DNA from: an uncultured Chloroflexia bacterium
GTDB taxonomy: Bacteria > Chloroflexota > Dehalococcoidia > UBA2979
DNA length: 64,000 nucleotides
Direction: 5' to 3'
NCBI GenBank assembly: GCA_963728205.1
Contig: CAVSIV010000002.1
Span: 630,976 to 694,975, forward strand
Shown piece after piece: positions 40,967 through 51,295 of the stretch. The translations under genes and the position numbers were made by a program. How positions within the stretch are numbered: position 1 is the stretch's first letter; each line of letters opens with the position of its first letter. The notes under the pieces are model-generated. The model was not told where the DNA came from and did not search any database. It saw nothing but the letters and a program-made list of their open reading frames with translations.

Positions 40967-41194
40967 TCATCTTACGAACGGACTTCGCAGCATGTTCGCG
41001 AGCCCGCGCGTCGAGAGCCAAGCGAGCACGAGTCCGGCGGCCGCGAGCGGGATGAAGACCACAGCCCACCGGTAGCCGAGGTGGAGATAGACGATCGACG
41101 CGATCGTGAGACCGATCCCGATCTGGCCCATCTGGAAGGCCAGGAGACCGTACGCCGCTCCGAGGCACGCGCGATCCGTAGCACGAAACATCAT
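40967..41194 (-). CDS. Small two-TM membrane protein
   Basis: GGAGGT RBS, two hydrophobic segments, candidate promoter immediately upstream. Confidence 0.55.
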   Translation of the reverse strand: MMFRATDRACLGAAYGLLAFQMGQIGIGLTIASIVYLHLGYRWAVVFIPLAAAGLVLAWLSTRGLANMLRSPFVR

Positions 41195-41221
41195 CTACCT
41201 CCGCGGCCAGCGTAAAGCCGA

Positions 41222-41245
41222 ATCTATTAGTATTTTATCATAGAT
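41222..41245 (-). promoter_or_regulatory. Extended -10 promoter (TGATAAAAT) inside an ATCTAT...ATAGAT inverted repeat
   Basis: AT-rich patch in very GC-rich DNA; the minus strand reads ATCTATGATAAAATACTAATAGAT, about 35 nt upstream of ORF 41194. Confidence 0.55.
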
Positions 41246-41447
41246 CCGTCAGTCACCATGAGAACGGGCCGACCCTAGCCTCGCTGCCCGCCAGCGCGGC
41301 GCAACGCGGCGCGCCTGAGCGCCTGCTTCCTGACGATCGCCCCCGTCGGGCCGGCACCAAGGTCGGCTCTCGCCCGATCCGCTTCCGTGTACGCTCGATG
41401 CGGGCGGCGCGACATGGCCGCTTTGCTGTAGCCGATGGAGAATCGCC

Positions 41448-41858
41448 ATGACGACCGGTCGCTCGCTCGCGATGACAAAGCACGTGGCGCTGCCGTACGA
41501 CGAGGCGCTCGTTCGCGTGAAGGCCGCGCTCAAGGAGCAGGGGTTCGGCGTGCTCACCGAGATCGACATCGCCGCCACGCTCCGCGAGAAGCTCGGAATC
41601 GACTTCCGTCGCTACGCGATTCTCGGCGCCTGCAACCCGCCGCTCGCACATCGCGCGCTGCAGGACGACCTCTCCGTCGGGCTGCTGCTGCCGTGCAACG
41701 TCATCGTGTACGAGGACGTGCCGGGGGCGGCCGACGGGGGCAGCACCGTGTCGTTCTTCGACCCGGAGGTCGGCATGGCCGTCGCCGGCTCGCCGGGCCT
41801 CGCGCCGATCGCGACCGAGGCGCGGGAGCGGCTGCAGCGCGCGCTGGACGCCGTCTAG
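41448..41858 (+). CDS. DUF302 domain protein
   Basis: GFGVLTEID, Y.ILGACNP.LA, GLLLPCNVIV; GGAG RBS. Confidence 0.9.
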   Translation: MTTGRSLAMTKHVALPYDEALVRVKAALKEQGFGVLTEIDIAATLREKLGIDFRRYAILGACNPPLAHRALQDDLSVGLLLPCNVIVYEDVPGAADGGSTVSFFDPEVGMAVAGSPGLAPIATEARERLQRALDAV

Positions 41859-41978
41859 CCCGGGTCATCGGGCGCCGTCGCAACGGTGATTTTGTACGCT
41901 CAGCGACGGTTTATACGGATCTGCAATTATCACGGGAGCGGGGTAGTCGGCGCCGGGGTGCGCTGACATACTCCCTCG

Positions 41979-42725
41979 GTGCGGCGGGGAATCCGCAGGG
42001 CGCTCATCCGCGATCTGCGATGGGCGATCCTGGTGACGCTATCTTGCTTCGTGGCGGCCATGCTCGTGGGCATTGCCGGTTTCGAAGGACTCGGTTTGCC
42101 GATGCCGGCAGCCGGGGCTTTGTCGACGGTTCCGCCGACCCGCGCCGACCGTCTTCCCGGTGACATCACGCACGCGCCAATGAAGCGCAGCGGCGACGAG
42201 CTCGCGACGCCCGGCTTCGCGCATGCCGCGGTCGCCCGACAGCAGACGTCCCTCGCGTTCAACGCGGCCGAGGCGCGCGCCGCGGGCCAGGCGCTGCGGT
42301 CGCAGCCACGCACGCTGAGCATCGCCCCCCCGGCCCGGCAGCCGGTCGCGCAGGACGGCCGCGTGGTCGCCGCGCAGGCGGCGCCGGACGCGCCGGCGAC
42401 GGCCGCGGGCGCGCGCGTGACCGCCGACGTCACCTACTACTACTGCCAGGCCGGTCCGACCGGGCCCATCGGCGACGGCGGCGGGTTCTGCGGACGCATG
42501 GCCAACGGACAGGTCGTGCACTCCGGGGCCGCCGCCTGCTCGGCCCAGTACCTCGGGCAGCGCTTCCGCATCCTCGGGGACCCGACCGGCCGCACGTACA
42601 CGTGCGCCGACACCGGCAGCGCCGTCCACGGCGAGCATCGCGACATCTGGTTCAACACCAACGACGAGGGCGCCCGCTGGCAGGCCGTCGTCGGGCTCAG
42701 CGCCGTGATCCAGGTCCTGCCGTAG
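41979..42725 (+). CDS. Membrane-anchored/secreted protein with Cys-rich 3D-like domain
   Basis: N-terminal TM; C-terminal domain closely paralogous to that of 25554-26972. Confidence 0.75.
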   Translation: MRRGIRRALIRDLRWAILVTLSCFVAAMLVGIAGFEGLGLPMPAAGALSTVPPTRADRLPGDITHAPMKRSGDELATPGFAHAAVARQQTSLAFNAAEARAAGQALRSQPRTLSIAPPARQPVAQDGRVVAAQAAPDAPATAAGARVTADVTYYYCQAGPTGPIGDGGGFCGRMANGQVVHSGAAACSAQYLGQRFRILGDPTGRTYTCADTGSAVHGEHRDIWFNTNDEGARWQAVVGLSAVIQVLP

Positions 42726-42748
42726 CCGCCGGGCGCGCCGCGACGACC

Positions 42749-43387
42749 ATGCGCTCCGCCCGCCCCTCTCGCCTTGCCCTCGCGCTCTCCGCGGCCCTCC
42801 TCGCGCTCGCCGCGCTCGTCGTCGCCCCCGGCATCGCCTCGGCCCACGCGCGCTACACCCGGTCCGCGCCGGCCGCCGGCGCCGTCCTCCGCACTGCACC
42901 GGCGCGCGTCGACATGTGGACCGACTCCGAGATGTTCAGGCAGGCGCAGGCGAACACCCTGACCGTCACCGGTCCGACCGGCGCGGTGGCCAACGAGGGG
43001 CCCTCGCAGCTCGACGACGCCGACCGCACGCACCTGTGGGTCGCGCTCCAGCCGGGGTTGCGCCCCGGCCTGTACACGGTGGCGTGGCGCACCGTCTCGG
43101 CCGACGACCAGGAGGTGGCGACCGGCACGTTCTCGTTCACGGTCGACCCGAACGCGACGCCGTCCGCCGGCGCAGCGGCCGCGACGAGCGGCGCCGCGGT
43201 CCCGACCTCCCCGCCGGGCGGCGGGGTGCCGACGAAGGGCGCCGTCCCGGACGCCGCGAGCACGACCGGCCGCGGGTTCGCCGTGCCGCCATGGGCCGTG
43301 ATCACGCTGCTCGCGCTGCTCGCCGCCGGTGCCGTCGCCGCGTTCGCGATCCTCCGCGCGCCGCCCGGCGGCGACCGCGCCGGCTAG
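42749..43387 (+). CDS. CopC-like protein with C-terminal TM anchor
   Basis: Signal peptide ASA|HA...S.PA.G, G.YTV.W..VSADD....G.F.F.V. Confidence 0.8.
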   Translation: MRSARPSRLALALSAALLALAALVVAPGIASAHARYTRSAPAAGAVLRTAPARVDMWTDSEMFRQAQANTLTVTGPTGAVANEGPSQLDDADRTHLWVALQPGLRPGLYTVAWRTVSADDQEVATGTFSFTVDPNATPSAGAAAATSGAAVPTSPPGGGVPTKGAVPDAASTTGRGFAVPPWAVITLLALLAAGAVAAFAILRAPPGGDRAG

Positions 43388-46300
43388 GGCGTGGCCGGCG
43401 GCGACGCCGCTGCCGCGGCCGACGGCACGGGTGCAGCCGATGGCTCCGCCGCGGCCGGTGTCGGGGTGATCGAGGCCGCAGCCGGCGGCAGCGTGACCGT
43501 CGCCGGCGCGTCCTGGTCGAAGTAGCGCGTGATCATGATGTGGTACGGGCCGAGCAGCGCCTCGCGCCGCACGTCGCCGGTCGCGTCGTCTACCCACCAT
43601 GCATACCAGTACTGCTGCGGCGCGCTGTAGAAGCTGACGACGTGCGTCGGGTGGCCGTCGACGGTCTCGGCGCGACCGGACGCGAACGCCGTGCTGCCCG
43701 CGAAGTCGTCGGGGTTGAACGGCGGCAGCGCCGCGCCGAGCCGGCAGTTCCAGTCGCCGCCCTGCGACCACGTGCACCAGGCGGGGCCCTTGCGCACCAC
43801 CTCGTTGATCGCCGGGCCGCCAATCGCCTCGCTCGTCGTGATGTGGACGTCGTCCGGCGCGACGCCGAGGCCGTCGTCGCGCACCCAGCCGCTCACGCCG
43901 TGCGGCGCCAGCTGGCCGCTGGTGATCTCGTCCGCCCAGCGCATCGAGCGCACGCCGCCGTAGCGCGCGAGCGCGCGGCGGAAGAGCGCCTCGGCCTGCG
44001 GGTCCGAGGGCGCGTCCGACCCAGGCGGCGCCCAGGCCGCCGGCGCACTCGACGGCGCGTCGAGCCGCACGTAGAAGCTCGCGCCGGGCGCGCCGTCAAT
44101 CAGCACGTCGATGTCCCACCAGCCGGTCGTTCCCAGCAGGTGAGTCGCGACATAACCATCGCCACGGTGCGCGCGCGTGGCCGGCTCGGTTGCCGGCTCG
44201 ACGGCGCCGTCGAGTCGCGAGAAGCGCAGGTCGACGCGGCCCGCGGTCGCGGGCTGCGCGTTCCCATCGAGGAGCGTCGCGCGGAAGGCGTTGACGCCGA
44301 CCTGGAAGGGGTCGGCCGCGAGCAGGACGAAGCGGTCGCCGGGCGCCTCGAAGCGCATCGCGATCGCGGTGCGGAAGGGTGGTGGCGCCGGCACGCCACC
44401 GGCGCCGGGCGACCACAGGGCGAGCGCGAGCGTCGCGGCGCCGGCCAGCGGCACGGCGGCGGCGCCGAGGGCGCGCGGCGAGGCGAGTCGCGCACGCCGG
44501 CGACGCGCGTCGAGCCACAGCGGCGGGCCGGCCGCAAGCAGCAGCGCGCCGGCGAGCGCGCCCCAGTTGCCGGCCGTGAGCGGGTAGCCGAACGCGCGGG
44601 CTGGCGCGGCGCCCGCCGCCGTGCCGGGCGCGGCCGTGCCCGCGCCGGTGCGTGCCGGGACGGCCATCGGCACGTCGAAGCGCACGAGCAGGTCGTCGTG
44701 GCCGGGGCGGCGCACCTGCACCTCGGCCCGCCACTGCGCCGTCAGGCCGGAGAACGCCGCGGTTGCCGTGAAGACGCCATCGCCCGAGGGCTGCGTCTCG
44801 ACGCGGTCGCCGGCCTCGCCGAACCCGGGGCTGACGAGCGACAGGATCACACGCGTGCCGGGAGGCACGTCGGCCGCTCCGCCGGCCGCGGCGGACAGGC
44901 GCACGCGCAGGCTGGTTCTGGCCGGTCGCCGCCGGCGTCACGGCCAGCGCGACGTCGAGGTCCGCGGCGTGCCGCGTGGCCGCGAACGGCGCGCCCGCAG
45001 CCGCGGCGGCTGCCGCGGCCGGGCTCGGCGCCGCGGCAACGTCGACCGCCGCCGGCAGCTGCGTGAGCAGCGCCGCCACGACGAGCACCGCGACGCCGAG
45101 CGCCGCCTCGAGCGGCAGCGAGCGGCGCAGGCGGCGCGCCGCGCGCGCGGCGTCGATGCGTCCGGCGCCCCAGCGCCGTGCGAGCCGGCGGTTGTGCAGC
45201 GCGACGGCGAGGGCGGCGCCGATCAGCGCGGCCTTGACGAGCAGCGAGCGCCCGTACCCGGTGTCCGGGACCGACGCGGCGGTCGGGAACTCGGCGAATG
45301 CGCGGAACAGGCCGGTCAGCGCGAGCACGGAGATGGCACCGGTGGCGAACGGGGAGAAGCGCGCGACGAGCCCCGCCGAGACGCGGTCGGCGTCGGCGCG
45401 CGCCTCGCCGGCCGGCACACGGCGGCGACGCACGAGCAGCGCGGCGATCACGGCGAGCCCGCCCACCCAGAGCGCGGCCGCCGCCAGGTGGATCGCGTCG
45501 ACGGCGACCGACCACGCCCAGCCGTTCGTCGCGCCGGCGTGCCCGAGCGCCGACAGCGCGACCACCGCGCCGGCGGCCGGTGCGGCCAGCGTCGCCTCCA
45601 GCGCGCGGCCCAGCCGCGCGCGGCCGCGCGCCGCGGCGGCGAACGCGAGCGCCAGCAGCACCGCGAGCGCCGCCACGCAGAGCACGCGAGCGAGCCAGAG
45701 CGACCCGAACCGCGAGCCGCCGAGCAGGGCCCCCGCGCTGCTGCCGGTGGCGTCGACCTGCGCGAGCAGCTCCACCACGAGGCCGCCGGCAAACAGCGGC
45801 AGCGCCGCGACGTCGAGCCCACGCACGACGCGCCGCGCGTCGCGCGCCGCCGCGCCGTCCGCGCGGCCGCCGGCCGCAGCGACGAGCGGCACCACCGCCA
45901 CGCCGCCGAGCACGAGCGCGAGCGCGAGGAACGCCAGCGTGCGCCCGGCGACGGCGCCCGGCGGCACGCCGGCGCCCAGTGACGGCGTGTACGCGACGCC
46001 CGACGGCTGGCTGCCGTCGGGCTCGATCACCGCGAAGGTGAACGAGCCCGTCCACGGGTGGCCGTCGACCGACGACAGCGTCTTCCACACCACGGTGTAG
46101 AAGCCCGGCGCGAGCGCGCGCACCGACCCGGCGAGCGCGCGCGGCCGCTGCGGGTCGACGACGTGCAGGCCGTCGACGGGGATCGCGCTGCCGTCGCCCG
46201 CGAGCAGCTGGAAGCTCGAGAAACGCGGCTCGAACGGCTCGGAGAACTCGAGCGTGACCGTCGACGGCGGCGTCGTCAGCTGCGCGTTCGCGGCGGGGTC

Positions 46301-46465
46301 CGAGCGCACGAGCACGGCGTGCGCCTGGGCGCGGCGCGGGCGGGCGAGCGCGGCCGCCGCGAGCAGGCAGCCGAGCATGCACGCCGCGGCGACGAGCGTC
46401 GCGACGCGTCGACCCGGGCGCCGTGGGCGGACAGCGAACCACATCGTGCGTTCAGGGTTTCGCAC
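43384..46465 (-). CDS. CopC-CopD fusion copper uptake/resistance protein with long extracellular C-terminal domains; frameshift at ~44910
   Basis: AQA|HAVLVRSDP, SSVDGH, CopD motifs GHA..H..AAA.WVGGL, RFS, YG..L.VK; continues in ORF 43384-44904. Confidence 0.85.
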
Positions 46466-46569
46466 CCGCGGGCTGAGCGGAAGCGCCCGCGCGTTTGCGG
46501 GTGCCTGTCGTCGGTGTGGCGCCTACGCTGTCCCGACGCCCGCACCGCGCGCGGAGGTCCCGCCAGCCG

Positions 46570-47532
46570 ATGTCCACCCGTCTCCGCGCCCGCAGCCGCG
46601 CGGCCGCCCTCGTGTTCGTGCTCGCGCTCGCCGCCGTGCTCGCGGTGGCGGCGTGCGGCACCGCGCCGGTCTCGCCGGCCGGCGGCGGCGCCGCCGCTCC
46701 GCGCACCCTCACGCCGGCGCCGGCCGGGCATGTTCCCGCGTTCGGCCACGTCTTCGTCCTCGTCCTCGAGAACACCGAGTACGGGACGATCGTCGGACAG
46801 CACGCGGCGCCGTACCTGGAGTCGCTGGTCGCGCGCGGCGCCCTGCAGACCGCGTACTACGCGGTCGCGCACCCCTCGCTGCCCAACTACATCGCGCTCG
46901 CCTCCGGCGACACGCAGGGCATCTCGAGCGACTGCTCGCGCTGCTTCGTCGACGCGCCGACGCTCGCCGACCAGGTGGAGGCCGCCGGGCGCACGTGGCG
47001 CGCGTACATGGAGGACATGCCGGCGCCGTGCACGCTCGGGAACGCCGGCGGATACGCGCAGCGGCACGACCCGTGGGTCTACTTCGACGCGATCCGCACC
47101 GATGTCGAGCGCTGCGCCGCGCACGTCGTGCCGCTGTCGCGGCTGGACGCCGACCTCGCGGCCGGCACCGTCCCCGACCTCGCCTGGATCACGCCGAACC
47201 TCTGTCACGACATGCACGACTGCAGCGTCGAGACGGGCGACGCGTGGCTGCGCGACTTCCTCCCGCGCATCCTCGACTCCGCCGCGTTCCGCGACCACGG
47301 CGTGCTCTTCATCACGTTCGACGAGGGCACGACCGGCGCCGGCTGTTGCGGGGTCGGCGGGGGCGGCCGCGTGTTCACGCTGGTGCTGGGGCCCGACGTG
47401 CGCGCCGGCGCGCGATCGCCGGTCCCGGAGACGCACTACAGCCTGCTGCGCACGATCGAGGACGCGTGGGGCCTGCCGCCGCTCGGCCACGCCGCGGACG
47501 CGGCGTCGATGACCGAGAGCTTCGCTCCCTGA
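46570..47532 (+). CDS. Phosphoesterase-family (acid phosphatase/PLC-like) lipoprotein
   Basis: Lipobox VAAC, HVFVLVLEN, HPSLPNY, RHDP, CHDMHD, ITFDEG, HYSLLRTIED. Confidence 0.88.
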   Translation: MSTRLRARSRAAALVFVLALAAVLAVAACGTAPVSPAGGGAAAPRTLTPAPAGHVPAFGHVFVLVLENTEYGTIVGQHAAPYLESLVARGALQTAYYAVAHPSLPNYIALASGDTQGISSDCSRCFVDAPTLADQVEAAGRTWRAYMEDMPAPCTLGNAGGYAQRHDPWVYFDAIRTDVERCAAHVVPLSRLDADLAAGTVPDLAWITPNLCHDMHDCSVETGDAWLRDFLPRILDSAAFRDHGVLFITFDEGTTGAGCCGVGGGGRVFTLVLGPDVRAGARSPVPETHYSLLRTIEDAWGLPPLGHAADAASMTESFAP

Positions 47533-47670
47533 CGGCGACCGGTGGCGCCGTTCGTCATCCCGTCGCGGCGACGAACGTCCCTGTGGGCCGCACCGTGTCG
47601 GCGGCATCGTCGATCACGAGGGCACGCGGGCGCGGCTGCCGCGGCGGACGACGATGCCGGGAGGAACGGG

Positions 47671-48666
47671 ATGCGACAGGCATGGCTCCGCGCCTGCGCC
47701 GGCGGCGCGCTGCTGCTCGGCGTCGCGACCGCCTGCGACGGCGGCGGCGCCGCCCGAGCCGCGCGCACGCCGCCCCCCACCGCGGCAGCGATCACCGCTG
47801 CCGCACCGGCCGCCGCCGGCGCCCCAACCGGCACGCCGACGCCGGGGGCGACGCCCGCCACCATCGTGCACGTCCCCGTGACCGCGTTCGCTGAGCAGCC
47901 GCTGGCGGCGCTCTCGCCCGCAGCCGCCGCGTTCATCGCGGGGCGGCCGGGCGTCGTCACCGTGGGCGTGGTGGTGCCGGCGCGCCACACCATCTACGTC
48001 GCGAACCCGGACACCGCTGTGCAGACCGCCAGCGTGATCAAGGTCGCGATCATGATGGACGTCCTCGCGGGCGCCGACGCGGCGCAACGCCATCTCACGG
48101 ACGGCGAGCGCGCGCTGCTCCACGCCATGATCACGGTTAGCGACAACGACCGCGCCACCGCCCTCTGGAACGCGGTCGGGGGCGGCGCCGGGCTCGGCGC
48201 GTACCTGGACCGGATCGGCGTGCACGGCGTCCAGCCGAACCCGTCGGACTGCTGGGGCGCGAGCAAGGCGACCGGCGCCGGCGTCGCGACGCTGCTCGGC
48301 CGGCTCGCCTTCGACGACGTCCTGCAGCCGGCGAGCCGCGACGTCGCGCTGTCGCTGCTGGCGGGCGTCGCGCCCGATCAGCGCTGGGGCGCCACCGCCG
48401 GCACCCCGGACGAGCCCCCGGACGGCACCGTGATCGGCGTGAAGGACGGCTGGTACCCCGCCGAGTGCGGCTGGTGGGCCGGCAGCGCCGCCGTCGTCCT
48501 GCCGGGCCCCACCGCGCCGCCCGGAGCGCCCGCGTACACGCTGGCGATCCTCACCGCCGAGCACGCCACGCTCGAGGACGCGGTCGAGACGATCGAGGGC
48601 GTGGCGGCGGCCGTGCACGAGTCGCTACACGGGGCCACGCCCGCCGGCGCCACGGCCGCGGACTGA
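47671..48666 (+). CDS. Serine hydrolase lipoprotein, beta-lactamase class A-like fold
   Basis: Lipobox ATAC; SxxK (SVIK), SDN, KDGW in place of KTG. Confidence 0.8.
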   Translation: MRQAWLRACAGGALLLGVATACDGGGAARAARTPPPTAAAITAAAPAAAGAPTGTPTPGATPATIVHVPVTAFAEQPLAALSPAAAAFIAGRPGVVTVGVVVPARHTIYVANPDTAVQTASVIKVAIMMDVLAGADAAQRHLTDGERALLHAMITVSDNDRATALWNAVGGGAGLGAYLDRIGVHGVQPNPSDCWGASKATGAGVATLLGRLAFDDVLQPASRDVALSLLAGVAPDQRWGATAGTPDEPPDGTVIGVKDGWYPAECGWWAGSAAVVLPGPTAPPGAPAYTLAILTAEHATLEDAVETIEGVAAAVHESLHGATPAGATAAD

Positions 48667-48691
48667 CGCCCCGCTCCCGCGCCGCCCGCGC

Positions 48692-51264
48692 TCAGGGCGC
48701 CGCCCGCGCCCCGATCCGCCCATAGAACAGCCGCTTCGCCAGCTCCGTCGCCGCCACGTACAGCGTCGTCAGCCCCGCCAGCCCGAGCAGGAGGTGCGCG
48801 GGCAGCGTCGTCAGGCCCAGCGGTCCCGCCGCCGGCGAGAACGGCAGCGCGAGCGTGAGCGCGCCGACCGCGGCCGACAGCCCGAGCAGCCACGGGCCGG
48901 GACGGCTGCGGAAGAAGCGCCGGCGCGTGCGCAGCACGAGCAGCGCGCACAGCTCCGTGCCGAGCGACTCGACGAACCAGCCGCTGCGGAACAGCACCTC
49001 CGACGTCCCGTATGCGCCTCGCAGCACCGCGAAGGTCAGCAGGTCGAACACCGTCGAGATCAGCCCGAAGACGACCATGAACCGCCAGATCATCCCCGTG
49101 TCCCAGTGCTCGGGCCGCTCGAGCTGCTCGGGGTCGGCCACGTCCGCGGCGATCGCCATCGCGGGGAAGTCGCTGAGGAAGTTGAGCAGGAGGATCTGGC
49201 GTGGCAGGAGCGGCAGGAACGGCAGCGCGAACGCCGCGATCGACATGCTCACCATGTTCCCGAAGTTCGCGCTGGTCGTGACGAAGATGTACTTCAGCGT
49301 GTTCTCGAACGTGCGCCGGCCGAGCCGCACGCCCTCCGCGAGCACGTCGAGGTCCTTCTCGAGCAGGACGACGTCGCCGGCCTCGCGCGCGACGTCCACC
49401 GCGTCGGCGACCGAGATGCCGACGTCGGCGGCGCGCAGCGCCGGCACGTCGTTGATGCCGTCGCCGAGGAACCCCACGCTGTGGCCGGCGCGGCCGAGCG
49501 CCGCCACGACGCGACGCTTCTGCTCCGGCGCCATCTCCGCGTAGATCGCGGTGCCGGCCGCGCGCGACGCGAGCTCCCCGTCGGTGAGCGCGTCGACGTC
49601 GGCGCCGACCAGCAGCCCGGCGGTCGCGAGGCCCACGCGCGCCCCGACGTGGGCGGCGGCGAAGCGGTTGTCGCCGGTCATCATGCGCACGGAGATGCCG
49701 AGCGCAGCGAGCTCGCGGATCGCATCGCCGGCATCGGCCTTGGGCGCGTCGGCGAACGTGACGAAGCCGAGGAACGTCATGCCCGCCTCGTCGGCGTGCG
49801 CTGGCGCTCGCCCGCTCGCCGAGGTCGCGCGCGGCGAGCGCCAGCACGCGATAGCCGTCGGCGCTCAGCGCGCGGAAGCGCGCCTCGGCGTCGTCGCGCG
49901 CGGCCGGCGCCGGCCGCGGCTCGCCGGCGGGCGTCGCAACGAGCGTGCACACGTCGAGCACCGCCGCGACGGCACCCTTCGTCACGAGCAGGTGCCGGCC
50001 GTCGACGCGCAGCAGCACGCTCAGCCGGCGGCGCGCGAAGTCGTAGGCAGATCTCGTCCAGGCGCTCGGCGGCCGGCGGCGGCTGCGGCGGGCTCGCGGC
50101 GATCGCGCGGTCGATCGGGTTGTCGAAGCCCGACTGCAGCGTCGCGTTGAGGTACGCGAGCGCCGCCACCTCCGCGCTGGGGCGCCCGGCCGCGTCGAGC
50201 GCGGCGACGAGGCGCACGACGCCCTCGGTAATCGTCCCGGTCTTGTCCGTGCACAGGACGTCGATGCCGCCGAAGTCCTCGATCGCGTCGAGCCGGCGCA
50301 CGATCACCTGCCGCCGCGCCATGCGCCGCGCGCCCGACGCGAGGCTCACGCTCACGATCGCCGGCAGCAGCTGCGGCGTCAGCCCGACGGCCAGCGCGAG
50401 CGAGAAGAGCAGCGCCTCGAGCAGCCCGCGCCCGAGCGCGACGTTCGCGACGAAGACGACCGCCACGAGGACCGCCATCACCTCGGCGAGCATCCCGCCG
50501 AAGCGCGCGACCCCACGCTCGAAGCCGGTCGTCACCGCGGGTTCGGCGAGCGTCGCGGCGATGCGGCCGAGCTCCGTGCGCGAGCCGGTGGCAACGACCA
50601 GCGCGTCGCCGTCGCCTCCGGCGACATGCGTGCCCATGAAGAGGCAGTTGCTGCGGCGCGCGAGCGGCGTCTCGGGGGCCGCGACGCCCGGCGCCTTGTC
50701 GACGGGCACGCTCTCGCCGGTGAGCGACGCCTCATCCACCTGCAGCGCGCGCGCCGCGAGCAGGACGGCGTCGGCCGGCACCACGTCGCCGGTCGCCACC
50801 CGCACGACGTCGCCCGGAACGAGCTCCGCCGCAGGGCGCTCGACGAGCCGGCCGTCGCGCCGGACCCGCGCGCGCGCGCCGACCGAGGCCAGCAGCGCGG
50901 CGATCGCGCTCGAGGCGCGATGCTCCTGCACGAAGCCGAGGATCCCGCTGAGCAGCACAATCGCGAGGATGATGGCCGCGTCGGCAACGTCGCCGACCGC
51001 GGCCGCGATCAGCGTCGCGGCGACGAGCAACAGGACGATGGGGCTCGTGAACGGGTGAACCAGCTCGCGCCAGCGCGCGGCGCCCCGGCGGCGCAGCGCG
51101 TTGGGGCCGCTGCGCGCGAGCCGCCGCGCCGCCGCGTCGGCGTCGAGCCCGTCCGCGGTCGCGCCGAGCGCGGCAAGCAGATTGGGAGCCGAGCGGGTCC
51201 AGTAGTCGGCGGGCGCGAACGCGGTGACGGCGTCAGCGGGCTGGCCGGCGTCGCGTGGCATCAT
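48692..51264 (-). CDS. mgtA: Mg2+-transporting P-type ATPase; frameshifts at ~50045 and ~49790
   Basis: LTGES, AVGLTPQLLP, DKTGT, TGDN, GDGIND, TSANFGN. Confidence 0.88.
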
Positions 51265-51295
51265 CGCCCTCCACGCGACCGCTGCGCGCCGCCGC

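Noticed and set aside
47671-48666. Possible beta-lactam resistance gene
   Set aside because: The fold motifs are present, but KTG is replaced by KDG and no clear omega-loop Glu is visible; more likely a cell-wall-related serine hydrolase.
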